In this document: piece after piece, positions 38,478 through 52,060 of the stretch
Layout: the number at the start of each line of letters is the position of its first letter
Position numbering within the stretch: position 1 is the stretch's first letter
From: Hemiscyllium ocellatum
Taxonomy: Eukaryota
Assembly (NCBI RefSeq): GCF_020745735.1
Contig: NW_026867509.1
Coordinates: forward strand, 1,736,001 to 1,800,000
Length of the DNA stretch: 64,000 nucleotides
Direction: 5' to 3'
The notes under the pieces: model-generated
What the model saw: the letters and a program-made list of their open reading frames with translations, nothing else
Database searches by the model: none
What the model was told of the DNA's origin: nothing
Made by a program: the position numbers and the translations under genes

Positions 38478-39331
38478 TGCAAGTTGATGGTAATCGTAAA
38501 CATGTCCTGAAGATGTTGCAGACTCCCACGTTGTATCACATACTAGCGATGGCGATAGGTTTCACGGATTTCCTTGTTATTATGACTGGGTGCATTCTGA
38601 TTAGAATCGGCCACATTTATCTTTGGTACACAATCTGATCTGTTACACGAGTGTGTGCGTTTAACGTAAGATTGGTATACATCAGCCGTGATGGATCAGT
38701 CTGGCTGATAGTGGCGTTCGCCATTGATTGTTTTGTGACAATCATTTGCCCGAATCTGAGTACCAGAAAATGCACCAAGAAAACTGCATTGCTCGTCATA
38801 GGCGTGATCTGATCCTTGTTTTGCAGAAAGAACGTTCCTTTGCATGTTGTCTCTCAACCCTTGGCTGTACTGGATGGGATGCTTTCGTCCTGTGGCATAG
38901 AGCCCCTCTTCTACGCTTCGCCTGTTTGGCAGGCCTACAACTACCTTGGCCGTATCTTAAGTCCATTTCTCCCGTTCATTCTCATTCTACTGCTCAATGT
39001 CCTCACTGTTGGGCATATCTCAAAAGTCATCGTATCTTGGTGATGATCAGGAGATGGCCAAACGCAGAAGGCCCATTGATTTGCTGTATGCTATCTCTTG
39101 CCAGACACATGTGTTGGACGATTCCTCTACATTCAGGTTACAGGAGAGGATTACATTGGTGGTCAAGATTTCAATGACCCACAATACATCCTCTCAGAGA
39201 TGACAAATATGCGCCAGTTACTCATTTCCTGCAAAAACGTCTTCATGTATGTGGTAGCTCAGAATAAGTCCCGAGAGGAATTGAAGAAGGTGCTAATGCA
39301 TCCTATTACCTTTATCACCAGTTGCCTTAAA
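38478..39331 (+). pseudogene. GPR139-like GPCR copy D, frameshifted pseudogene (exon 2)
   Basis: Remnants TDFLVIMTGCILIRIG, SRDGSVWLIVAF, SPFLPFILILLLNVLTV, TGEDYIGGQDFNDPQYIL, SCKNVFMY lie in shifting frames with stops. Exon 1 not located. Confidence 0.85.
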
Positions 39332-41708
39332 TTGCCAAAAAACGCAACAGAAAATCGCCACATAAGATTTCCTCCATCATTGTGTCTCAGAATGTTATGC
39401 TGCATTACAATGCTGAAACAAATGTTGGGTATTTAAGCTCCTGAACTTGTGAAATGTAAAACTCTCTTTGCTACCAATACTTATAAAATACAGAAAAATT
39501 GGAGGTTCTGCATTTCTGGGTGTCGTGGGAAATCAAAATCCAAATCGATGGTCACAATTATGAAATTCTGAGAGGGGGCAAGAAAACATTTAAAGAATTT
39601 CCCCATTGATGAGGAACACCAGGAACATCAAAATATAGGAAAGGTTACGCCTAATTGCTTGGGAAAAGAAAAGTTTTAATCCGGGTGAAGAATAAGTGTT
39701 TAAAATGATAATGACTCTGAATAGACTGGAAGAAGGTAACAGTTCCCTCAGATGTAAGGATTTGCTGGCAGCAAATCGTACACATTTCAGGCACATGGGA
39801 GACGAAAGGACAATGGTATCATAATTTCAATTAACACAGATAAAGTTTAGATGTTGTGGGAATCTAACTGAGAATCTGTTGCAGGCAGGATCTACAGAAA
39901 CGTTCAGAAAGGGAAAATAAATATAGTTCTCTTCTATGGAAGGCGACTGACCCAAGGTAAATTGTTCTTTCGAGCGCATTCACATTAGCCGAATGGCTCT
40001 TTTTGTATTCCAATATGTCAATGTTCCCAATATTCTTCTTAGGACCATGAACTCAAATTGACTTTTCATAGCATATCCATTACGAAAGTATGTCTTGTTC
40101 ATGGCATTGAAATCATGATAATGTATATTGCATGAATCTGTTTAAAAACATAACTGCACTGGAACCAGACTCAGTTTACATTACTTTAAACGAATCCATG
40201 TGCCCAGTCAGAGTACATCAAGTGATGCCTTTGATTATAATACAGCAAATCGTGACTCAATTTAACCTAAAAGCTTGCCCTGTTGCTTGATAGGAACATA
40301 TATCATAGGACTCGAATATGTGTCCATTCGTGCATGCTGCAATAATCAATGTCTGGTAAGGCTTTTCTCTCATTTTCACCTGTCGATTCTGCGTCATCAT
40401 TAAAATCATTAAAACCTACTTAAACTAGAATTGCATCAATTCAAAGCACTGGCGTAAAGTATCTTGTCGGGCAAGTGTTTTCATACAGTGATGGCCCTTT
40501 GCGGGATGCACAAGTCACTGCTCCAGTGACTTAAAAACGCGGTAAACAGTTTACTTGATTTCTGATGCAACTTCAATTTTTTTTATGTTTCAACTTGCGA
40601 AGCATTTTGCTGGATTGACTCTCGTTCTTTCCTCGAATTTTGGATTTCTACATTAGAATTTATGTTCCACATCAGGATTGTAACAGATTTACACTTGATC
40701 TGTAACTTGAAATTCACAGATTTGAATGATTGCGCTGGAATTTCCTCTGGATTTGAAAAACAATATTCCAAGATGAACTTTTCTGATTGATATTCCAAAC
40801 AATTTTATTAATTGCACGGATTAATATTCTGCAGACAGAGCGGCTAGTAGAACGACAATTCAGTTAACCTGGAATTACCTAGTTCATTTAATGCCGGACG
40901 TGATACGGTAAACAATTGATATGAGTTAAGTAAAACAATCTTTGATATCGTTTAGAAGTGTATTGCCAGAGTTCCCTGGTGTGCATGTGTCTCCTGACAA
41001 AGCGGTTGATTCTTAATTAATCTCCGGATATATTTTGCAATGCACAAAATTCAAAGGGCAATTAGGGAAGGGCAAAAATGCTGCCTTTACCAGTGACAAC
41101 TGCTGGAGATTTCTGGTATACTGCTTCTTCTCGTAGTTTGACCACGTGAAACGCTCGTTCCAGGTGAAAATGTTGAAAACAGAACTCACAAACTCTGCAG
41201 TGTATTGCTCCTCTCAGAGACCTATTCAAACCAGAATTGAAATGGTTCATCTTTTGACCGTACATATTCAAGCAAAACTTCAATATTTATAAAAAGATTC
41301 TTAAAATGAATTGATGCTGCCAGTTTAGGAAATGAAAAATAAAGAACGTGTTTTGGGCCTTTCTAAAAGTCTCCAAGTTTTTCCCATTAAACGATTGGGG
41401 CGCTGTAGAAATCCCAAGAACCAGTTTAGTAGAGTAATATCTTACTGTGAGGCAAGTAACTGCAGCACCGATTCGAGTAACATTGAAATGTTACATGATT
41501 CTAATACGAAAATACTTGAAGAGCCAGAATCATGTCAAACACAAAACAGTGGTGTGGTGTCATTGTATCACTTTAAACAGAAGAGGGAATAACAGGCACG
41601 CAGATGGAGAGAGAGAGAGATTCTGAGCCTCCTATTCATCAGGTTGAAAGTCATTCATTCAAAAGTCTCTCCAGGATAAAGGCCTTCACATTGCAGACAG
41701 AGATGATA

Positions 41709-41723
41709 ACACACACACACGCG

Positions 41724-41763
<40 letters not shown>
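41709..41763. repeat. Compound (CA)n(CG)n(CA)n microsatellite
   Basis: 55 bp of unbroken purine-pyrimidine alternation with a GCGCGCGCGCGC core. Confidence 0.95.
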
Positions 41764-41766
<3 letters not shown>

Positions 41767-42409
41767 CTATCGACCAGCAACACTTCATCACTTTAACAAC
41801 AAGAGAGACAGGTAAAGAAAAAGAGATGTTAACTCTGTTCTTCAGATAAAGCTCCGAAACAACAGACAAGCCATTGCACACAGGTACAGATATAGACATA
41901 CACAAACGGAGAAACGCACATGAATATACACTAAATACAAAAATACGTACTTACAAACACACATGGATAGTTACGGGAAGAGATACAGAAACATACAGAT
42001 GGAGAAACAAAAACACAAATAGATGGACGCATGTACTCACTGTCTGGGTCTCTCTGACAGTCCATCTCTTGAATTTCCCTTGTGCAATCTTGAAAACGTC
42101 AAACTTCGGAGACATTCTGAGAATAGAGTTCATGAAGCGCGTTCCCTGCGGGCTGGAATGTTGATAACTGTGCTCACATGCCCCGGATAATGCGTCAGTA
42201 ATTTAGGAATGAAGCGAGGAAACATTACTTCGCACAAATGATAATGAAACTTTGTAATTCTAAATGGAATTTGTAATGAATCACAAAACAAGTCTACCGC
42301 AATTATAAGACATATATAGACATCTTTACTCTTGGTGTGAAATTAATGAACGGTCACACCAGGGAAAGAGTGATTTGCCACAAAATTCCCCGGTCACTCT
42401 GCATTTTAT

Positions 42410-43010
42410 TTTGTATCGGGTGCAGGTTTGCTCGCTGAACTGTAGATTTGATATCCAGACGTTTCATTACCTGGCTAGGTAACATCATCAGTGGCGACCT
42501 CCAAGTGAAGCGAAGTTGTTGTCTCCTGCTTTCTTTTCATATCTTTCTCCTGGATTGGGTTCCTGGGGTTTGTGGTGATGTCATTTTCTTTTCGTTTTCT
42601 GAGGGGTTGATAGATGGCATCTAGATCTATGTGCTTGCTTATGGCGTTGGGGTTGGAGTGCCAGGTTTCTAGGAATTCTCTGGCATGTCGATGCTTAGCC
42701 TGTCCCTGGATAGATGTGTTGACCCAGTCGAAATGATTTTTTTTCTTCCGTGTGTACGGCTATGAGGGAGAGGGGGTCTTGTCTTTTTGTGGCAAGCTGG
42801 TGTTCATGTATCCTGGTGGCTAACTTTCTTCCTGTTTGTCCGCCGTAGTGTTTGGGGCAGTCCTTGCATGGAATTTTATAGATGACGCTGGTTTTGTCCA
42901 TGGGTTGTAGTGGGTCTTTTAAGTTTGTTAGTTTTTGTTTGAGAGTGTTGGTGGGTTTGTGTGCTACTAGGATTCCGAGGGGCCTCAGTAGTCTGGCTGT
43001 CATTTCTGAA
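42410..43010 (-). mobile_element. Penelope-like element 3' part (GIY-YIG endonuclease plus terminus)
   Basis: LGILVAHKPTNTLK..VIYKIPCKDCPKHYGGQTGRKLATRIHEHQLATKRQD, followed by a hammerhead-bearing terminus. Confidence 0.88.
42455..42494 (-). ncRNA. Minimal type I hammerhead ribozyme motif
   Basis: CCA-CUGAUGA-U-GUUACCU(AGCC)AGGUAAU-GAAAC-GUC-UGG; the stem II closing pair is G-U. Confidence 0.7.
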
Positions 43011-44979
43011 ACTGAGATATTTAGTATAATCACAGGATAAGTATGCAATAATAATTGCTTCAGATAAGTTAAATGAGGACATGAAGTTAACAGTGAGGTG
43101 ACCAATTCAGTTTTACAAATGCTCTGAAACTTTCGATGTGTACATGGATCCCATATAATGCGCAGTAGCAGCACAATACCCAATATTCCCTATATGATCT
43201 AACCAGGGTTTTGTACATCAGCAGCCAACCTGACTTTCCATCTTCTCTATCACAGCCACCACAATAGTTGTGTATGAACGGAGATTATTTTGAACGTTGA
43301 CTGATATAAATTAAGGTGTGTTGAACATGAAAAAATATCTTAAAATGGACATCAAATTTGAACTTAACTTCTTAAGTTCATACACAGAGTTACACAGCAC
43401 AGAAACGGACATTTTGGCTTGATTTGTTCATGCTAAGCAGAAGTTATAAACTGATTGTTTCATTTGCCAGCATTTGAACGATATCTATCAAACCCTTCCT
43501 ATTCATGTACCCATCCAAATAACTTTCAAATGTCCTAATTGTACGCAGCTCCAATAGTTTCTATTGGAGCTAATTACACTCATGCACCACCCGAACACCA
43601 TTTTTATTACGCTATTATTATTTCACAAACAGTATCAGAGCCCAGACTGCAAGCCGAGATTTTGTTGGGTATGGAAAATGCGTTAATAAACACAAACTCT
43701 GCATATGCCCTGAAACTACGCGGAATCAAATTCAGAAACATAAGCTTTTATCTCACAATATCTCCTGCCCATGTTCGGACCGTAGCAATAGCATCATGAG
43801 CAATGAAATACCGACTTGATCATGAGCCATAAATATTGTGAAAGGCGCATGCACGATAAGGTTACTTGGTCTCTGGCAAAAGTGAAAGAAAGCAGAATGT
43901 GGGAGGGTCATTGGAGGTGGTTGCAGGAGCTTGGAGCTTTCATAAACACCGAGTGCAGACCTCAAACCTCGAATAATGCACTCATGGCACTGCTTTGACA
44001 GCCACTAACCTGAAGCTATTCTGCCATGTATCTCAGCGACAAGCCTTGCCAAATGGTTGACATCATTTTTGGTGGGGTGCAATGACCATCAGCGTACATG
44101 CGCGCTCATTCTGAGTTCAGAGAGGAACGCCGTGAATATATCTGCAAAACGGACAGGGATGAAGTTTATAAAATCGTTTCGTTGGGGATTTATCCACGGA
44201 TAATTTAAACCAAGAGGAATGGTGAAGGAAGACTGGAAGTACAAATAAATTCATGTCTGGCAAAATCTTTGGAGGGACACGCAGCGTTCCTAATAATGTA
44301 CAAGAGTGGCTGAACTTGAAATGTTAGTCCTAATTTACTCTACAAACATGATGCTGGGCCAATTATGTTACTCTTTCATTTCAAATCTCCAAAACGTGCA
44401 GTATTGCATACTTATTCAAGAGAAATATTTATCACTTCGGCATTTCTATTAAGAGCTTGTATTGAAGGTTTTAATTATGTTTTTTTCTGCAGTGCCTTTG
44501 AAGCAGACAGTTTATCGCTGAGAAGCTTTGCTCAGCTGTCACAGGGTCGTGAAATTCTTCAAGATCTGAACATCATTTGTATTGAAGTTGGAACACAAAT
44601 GTCCATTTATTCTGTCTGTCGGCAACGCTGCAAATAACAGTAAGAGCCATTGGGTGGAGACCCAACTTCAATTGGTATGAACGGATTGGAGGCAGATAAA
44701 TTGCAATCACAATGATGGGTGAACATTGTACTGCTTTTAAGCAGAAATAGTTCTGACAAGATCAAGGTATATTCCCATCAACGGTGGACACAGTGGTCAC
44801 AAAGCCAAAGCTGTCTTGATGAAAATGTAAAGAGAGAAATTGACATTCTCAAGAAAAAGTCGCTTGTTGATAAGCTTGAGGTTGATAGTTTAATGATAAC
44901 CAGGATAAAGTTGGACTCATTCGACAGAATTGAATAAATAAATGTCAGAAGCGGAAACAAAATGTCAAAAGATGGTAAA

Positions 44980-45660
44980 GATAACTTGACTGCGAAGCAA
45001 AAGTACTTCAATCGGCATGTAACCAATAAATGTGCAATTAAATGAACATAAATTGAGTGTGAAGAAGTTTTCAAAAGATCATCCAAACTGGAGAGATTCA
45101 ATTTTACCTGCGCCACAGATTGTGGAAAAGGGTTGAAATACCCGTCCGAATTGGAAATTTATCAACAATATCACACTGAGTAGAAGATATTCATTTGTTT
45201 GAAGTATGGAAAGGGATTTATTTGGTATTCACATATGCTGACATCTCAGCGGTTTCACGCTGAAGAGGAAAGAGACCTTTTAAATATCCAAATTGCGTGA
45301 ATTTCTATAAAAGATCTAGTGAACTGAATCTTCATCAACGTGTTCATAAGGACAAGAGACAACTCGTCTTATCTCTCTGTAGCACTAGGTTCAAGTGATC
45401 ATCTCAACTCGTTGTACATCAGCGGGTTCACGCCACATGACATCATTCTCCCACTATGACTGTGGGAAAATATTTACCACTTCATCCAAACATTTGGCAC
45501 ACCAATGACTCATCTTGTCAATAGACCACACTCCTGTCTTGGGTGGGGAAGGGTTTCACTAATTCATCTGAACTGCTGATTCATCAGCGTCTTCACTCCA
45601 GAACAATGCCATTCTTTTGCCCTGAATGTGGGAAAGGATTCATTTTCATCCAATCTCGTC
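44980..45660 (+). pseudogene. Decayed C2H2 zinc-finger array
   Basis: Repeated remnants CEEVFKRSSKLE, DCGKGLKYPSELEI, CGKIFTTSS and [32 protein letters not shown], with stops and frameshifts. Confidence 0.75.
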
Positions 45661-45734
45661 ATAGAGCAACAAATTCACAAATGAGATCTCATTCACATCT
45701 TATAAGACACTGTTATATGTCTTGGGGTACACAA

Positions 45735-45915
45735 TCAATCTATCCAAAGATGTGCAGGTCAGGCGAATTGGCTGTGCTAAATTACCCACAGTGTTAGGTG
45801 CGTTAGGGGTAAATGTAGGGGAATGGGTCTGGGTGGGTTACTCTTTAGGGGTCAGTGTGGACTTGTTGGGCTGAAGGGCCTGTTTCATTTCTGTAGGAAA
45901 TCTAATTTAATCTAA
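45735..45915 (+). mobile_element. 3' half of V-SINE/HE1
   Basis: CCAAAGATGTGCAGGTCAGG..TAAATTACCCACAGTGTTAGG..GGGCCTGTTTC..AATCTAAT, matching the 13795 SINE. Confidence 0.8.
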
Positions 45916-46994
45916 ATACTTTGAAGAATGTCTATTTTAGATTGGTCATTGAGAAGATTGCCACAGAGACATCCAAGGTGTCAAACTGACCATGTGGCAA
46001 TTGTGGCTGGAGAGGTGTCACCAGGAAAGAAGTTTCCACTTACCTGATGATATTTGATTTTTTTACTGGGGCATCGATGACCTGATGGCATATTTTAATT
46101 GTAGTTGGATGGACGTTTACGGGGACATGATGGACAATACATTAAACACATGACTTGCGAATGTTCAATTCACTGCCTTTCAGGGTGGTGGACGAGAAAC
46201 TCAAAAGACATTTAACAAGAATTGAGATGGTCACACACAATGTCAATAAATGTCTACAATGTCAGTGATCCTGAAAATAATTCCATTTGTTTTAGCCTCC
46301 TTTACATAGTCCTAAAATGCATACATGTCTTCCTGAAACTATAAGCGTTCTGGCCTTGGAAGCCACCACATTTTAAGATTGACATTTTTGTTTAGCTCCA
46401 TGATTATAACCATTCCTGACGATGTAATCTCTGCAGAAACATAACCTTCTAAAATATATGCATTCATCTCACTCAGGTCAGTTATGCATTCTTGATTACT
46501 TCATGACTGAGCGCCATTCTCTTATTTTGCACACGTAAAATTCTCTAGAATTTCCTCCTTAAAGTGCTCCTCCTGTATACATCCCTTTCCTCCTTAAATA
46601 CCCCCCTGAACGAATTCCTCCATGACCAAACTATCTGTCAGCTGTTCTAATATCACCTAGACAAAAAAGGCAAAACATTCCCGAGCTGGATACCTGAAAC
46701 AAAAAAAGAAATTGCTGTAGAACCTCAGCATGCCTGGCAGTGTCTGTGGGAGAGAACGGTTTCTAATTAAGAATGACTGTTCTCCAGAACTGAAGAGACG
46801 TGGAACTTTGGTTGATTTGAGACTGTACAGAAGGGTATGTAATCAGTTTCTCCCCGTTCTAGACTTGCTGATGTTTAGCAGGGTGGATGACCGAGTGAAT
46901 CTCTTCCACAGTTCAGGCAGGTCAAAAGCTTTGTTTCAGTTTGATACCACCAAACCTCTACAGCGACAACAAATCCTGCAGTTTCTGAACGAAG

Positions 46995-48545
46995 ATGCAT
47001 GACCCAGCCATTGCGCCATTCTTCATTTTCTATTCAATTGTTGCAGCTATCGGTTGCCGTGGAGTCACTGATGTTCGAGAGAATCGATTAGCTCATCATG
47101 TCTTTCCAGAAGTTTTATTCTTTTCCCTTCCAGAATTCGGTAGCATTTTCTCCACGTGCAACTCCTTGATTTTAAGGCACATCCACAGGTCTCCAATCCG
47201 TATGATGCATCACAAAATAATATCTGTGCTACGGCAAATCATCATGAATTGCTTCCGACATCAGTATAATAAAGGGCACTGCGTTCTTCAACTTTCAATG
47301 CTGTAAACTTGGAGAAAAATCGTCTATGACACTCTGAACTGAGAAGTGTGGTGAATGACAATGCATGAATATTCAATTGTAATAGTGTCACAGATTGGAT
47401 CCAAATCCAATTCAGTAAAATGCAATTTGTTCCATTTTAGAATGAATTGTTTACCATGATGTGGCATGACGCATGGCCCGTGCTTCATATGAATATGTTC
47501 ATGGCAACCACATTATTCTTGTTATTCCGAATTGGACAAGTGGCTACTTAACATTAACTCAGTCACTGGAGAGCGATTTCGTTTCCTGGACTGATCATAT
47601 TGACAGATGATGTGATGGTGCAATGTTGGACTGGGGTGGAGAAAGTCAGACATGACAGTAGCCCAGGTTATTGTCCAGCGGGTTTGTTTGAAATAAGAAG
47701 ATTTCGGATTGCTGTTCCTTCATCACGTGTATTGCTAGATGTTTGATACTGCATTAGATGTCTAATACTGCAGTAGATGTCAAATAATTGTCAATGATTT
47801 CAGAAAAAGTAGACACTGGAAGTTGCAAGCTGATAGTTGAAGGCTGTTCCGTAAAATATTTCACGAGGTGACAGACAATATTTGCACTGAGTTTAGTAAT
47901 ATCTCATTTGATTTTTCACAAGCAACTTTTTGGCAATTATAATCTTAATGCAAGGATGGTGCTGTCCCTCGAGATGTATCACCTATTACCTTCTGGCAAT
48001 TGCAGTGAGTGATTTCCTCGTCATTACTACTGCCGTCACCTTCAACCGAATCAGCTGCATCTATTTTCGGGAAAACATTTTGTTCACTACTCCTGCGTGC
48101 ACTCTTAGCATTGTATTAGTCAATGCCACTCTGGATTGCTCGGTCTGGCTGACAGTGGCCTTCACCATCAGTCGCTTCACAGCCATCTGCTACCAGAGAC
48201 AGAAGACCAGATACAGCAAAGAGAAGGCTGCGTCACTGGTCATAGGAATGGTCTGTATTCTGAGTTGCATCAAGAACATGCCTTTGCGCTTTACATTCCA
48301 GCCTTTGTTCATTTTGGATGGGGTACCCTAATTTTATCTATGTGTGGTTGAAAACTAAGAGTGACTTCGATGGACTGGATTTCAGTAAACCGGAGTACAT
48401 CCTTGATGACAGCACCAACATACTCCAGTTACTTAGTTCCTGGAACAAGGTCTTCATATATACGGTCTCTCAGAATTTGTTTCAAACGCAAATGAAAAAA
48501 GTTCAGATTTACCCCTTCACTGCTCTCACCAGTTTCTTTAAATGA
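46995..48545 (+). pseudogene. GPR139-like GPCR copy C pseudogene (exon 1 about 46995-47061, exon 2 about 47923-48545) with internal deletion
   Basis: Exon 1 MHDPAIAPFFIFYSIVAAIG parallels copy B but lacks the GT donor at the equivalent position. In exon 2, ..FILDGVP* is joined directly to ..FIYVWLK..GLDFSKPEYIL..SSWNKVFIY, so TM5-TM6 is missing. Confidence 0.85.
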
Positions 48546-49289
48546 TGAAGGATTACAAAACGACTTCATATTTTTTTCTTTCCCAACAGTGTGGCCTAGC
48601 GTGCATTACTACCATCTATATTCGATGCAGAAATCTGATGAAAAGAAACACCAGTCATAAAGGGGCATAAGGCATGATATCCTGCTGTACAGATTCCTGA
48701 AGCATACCCTGAAAGAATGCAGAAATATTGGAAATTATTTCATTCTGGACATGAAGCGAACTTATGATTTGTATCCATCCACACTTCCTCCGATCCTCAC
48801 TGGTCTCATACAGTTCGCATTTGTTTATTCATTTCTTTCCCTCACTGTTTTGCTCTTGATGTCATTTTCCCATCTCTTCCCTCCTTACTCACAGCATTCC
48901 TTCCATGTTTCCTTCAGCACTGTCTCCCTGTTTGCCGTTATTTCTTTTCCGAGGGCTGTTTTATCTGCTCATTATAGTCTCCAGTTCACGATGTTGTGCA
49001 GAGTAACGTGATCTTCAAGAAGGCCCATAACCCAATCCCTGTGTTTGAACTGTGTCCACAGGAAAGATGTATTCCATTTATTGTTGAGTCTGCACGTTTC
49101 ACATTTACTCTCCTGTTGAATTCCTCGGAGTGTTGAACATTGTAACGATATCATTAGATTCTGCCCCAGTTTCTACATCAGAACTTCGTTTTCCTGCCCT
49201 TTTATTCAAATAAACAAAAATATATGCTAACCACAAAACCAAATCTCCAGAAAAACTCAACAGGTCTCTCAACGTTTTGAAGAAAAAGC

Positions 49290-50790
49290 TGAGGTGATAT
49301 TTCCAGCCCAGTGACTGGTCCTCAGAACGTCTCATTAAAATTTCTGCTCTTTCAGTCTGTATGGTCTCGCCAATATACCATGTCTGAGGACAACCTATCC
49401 TGCATCTTATGCGATAGACGATGTTGGCCGAGTCACATGAGTAACTGCCGGCCACCTGGCGAGTGGCGGCCCCACTTTTAGTTGCATTATCTACGTCAAC
49501 ACTCTGACACGCTTTGCACTGGTTGTCATGTGGGATTGTATGGTGTTGAGTTCAATGTCGTCCAGAAGGCTAGGCATTTTTCTGCAAGCTGTGGTTTGGT
49601 TATGCAAACCTATCACGACAACCACTGCAAGACCTGTCAGAATGTCGAAATAAATATTTTCAATACAAAGGGGGGACACTACCCACCTGGTGAGTAGTCA
49701 TGAGATTCGGCCAACATTCTTCATCTCAAACGCTGAGAAAGGATGCCTAGAGGCATGGTATATTGGTGACACCATGCGGACGTTGCAAAAGGAGATGAAT
49801 GGACACCACACAACAATTCCCAGACAGCAATGGCCATTCCCAGCCAGGAGCACTTCAGGTGTCCAGAAGAATCAGCTTCGGATCTTCGGGTGACCATCCT
49901 CCAAGGAAGACCTCGGGCTTGGCAGCAATGCAGATTTGACGAGCAGATGCTGAGAGTCAACTTCACTATTCATGAGATCAGTGTCAAACGGGGTCTTGGT
50001 TAATGTCACACCGCAGGGTACTCCACTGCAGTATATACGCTGACACGCACACACAAAAGCACACCAAATTACACAAACACATACACTCAGACACACGGTC
50101 ACATACTTTCTGTCAGCCAAACACACACACACTCATGCACTCACACTCATTCGCACACCATCTGAGAAGCATTTACTCTGTCACATTCAGGCACACACTC
50201 TATCAAACACACGCAGGCACGCGCACACACACACATGCACACTGTCTCCACCACACGTATGTTCTCTCTCTCTCTCCCTGATACCCATGTACACGCACAT
50301 ATAAATTTATGGGAAGAAATTGCATTTGCAGATTTTCTTTGCAAATACATTCTATTTTGTTTAAAACACACAATTTGCAGGCAGTCAGTCGATGTGACAT
50401 TTGAAAAATCCTACTTAGGAAACAAAACTAGACTGGCTTAATTTTGGGACACAGACAGACACGAACCACACACTGTGAATGTCTGAGCTGAGGTGTCACT
50501 ATTGTTTTTATGCTAAAAACTAAAAATTATCGGGACTGTGACTTGAAAGCAGGTCTGGATTTACATATTAATCAATCAAAACCTACATCCCCATTCTAAG
50601 GGATTAAAGACTTAACAGAAATCTAGTTTTCTTCAATGCATCGCATCAGTTGTATGATAGTTCGATATTTTACTCTAAATTCTGTGTTCTATGATGCTGC
50701 CACACTAGCTAACTGATGAAGGAGCAGCTCTCCAAAAGCTTTTTTTTTCAATTTAACTTATTGGAATGCAACCTGCTGCTATGTAATTTT
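49290..50790. mobile_element. Penelope-related GIY-YIG fragments in inverted arrangement, with CA-rich tract and degenerate hammerheads
   Basis: Minus-strand YSCDSANIVYRIRCRIGCPQTWYIGETIQT (about 49455-49350) and plus-strand KGCLEAWYIGDTMRTL (about 49740-49790). Hammerhead-like motifs at 49292-49329 (-) and 50713-50740 (+). Confidence 0.7.
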
Positions 50791-52060
50791 TCACTGTCCA
50801 ATATAATTATCCAGTCTGAGCTGGACTGAAGCCTCCCTTTCGCTTACACAAAATAAGTTATCACTTAGTTTCATAACATCAGCAATTTTTGAATAACTAT
50901 GACTGAGACAATCATTGTATAAATTGCCAAGCTCTGTCTCCCAGATTGTTACGGTACTCCAACTAATAACATTTGACCATCCTGAGGATAATCCATTCCC
51001 TTCTACAATTTGATTTCTCCTCATTATTTTCCGCAGCAACTTAATGTCAAACTCATTATCTATAATATATTTACCGATTTCCTGTCTGGCATGTTATCAA
51101 AAACTTTCAAAATAACGAAAACACAACACATCTGCTGGCTTCTCTGAATCGCTGCTACAATTAGCATCCGTAAAAGGAATTCCAGTGGGTTTGCCAAACA
51201 ATCCTTCCATTGTATAATTCCGTATTGACTCATCTCATACATACCATTGTTTCGAAATGTCTAGTTATCGTCTCCTTCATTATATGACCTGGCATTTCTT
51301 TATAATTGGAATTCAACAGTACTGTGGCCCTTGTTTTCTGATCGTGCCCTTCTTATAGAGTTGGGTTATTATCCCCTTTTTAATAGTCCTCAGGAACTTT
51401 TCTGGAATTTCGAGAATTTCCAATGGTAACCATCAGGGCACTCATTGCCTCTCCAGCCACCTCATGCAAGACTCTGGAATGGACCCCATTTGGCCCGGAA
51501 TTTATCAACCTTACTTCTTATCAACCTTTCTTACTTCGTATGTAAGAAGTTTTCTGTTCTCAGCATCCAACGGATTTTCATGCTCTGTACTCCTCCTCAA
51601 ATATCATCCACTATTGGTAAACAAACACTTCAAATTTTTGAAATTTACTTGTAGACGAATGTTAAGAGAGCGAAAGAGTAGAAGGGAAATATTTCACTAA
51701 TTTCACAACTAAAGACAGAAGCAGTTGGGGAAAACGCAGAGAAGGACTGAGATGTCCTTCAAATTAGGCATGAGACCTAAGCTCAAATTTTGCAATGGGA
51801 ACTCTATTTGATGGAATAATCAAAACACGTGGAAGGGGACTTCATAATTTGCAGGTAGCTGTTCTCGTTTTACGTGTGTGCAATTGTGCAATATTCCAAT
51901 GTTACATAGCAGGCATGACACCGGACCAGAAACGAAGATACATGTTCGAATGCAATTGACACTGTCCAGACTCTGAAATTGTATAAATTAGAGACCTTTT
52001 TGTTGAAGTCACAGAGCTCAAGCGAGGAGTTGTGAGATTTCAATTAGTTTATAACAAGTG

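Noticed and set aside
7315-50477. Isolated CACTGTG heptamers at 7315, 7601, 35993 and 50471
   Set aside because: No nonamer at 12 or 23 nt and no adjacent V, D or J coding sequence.
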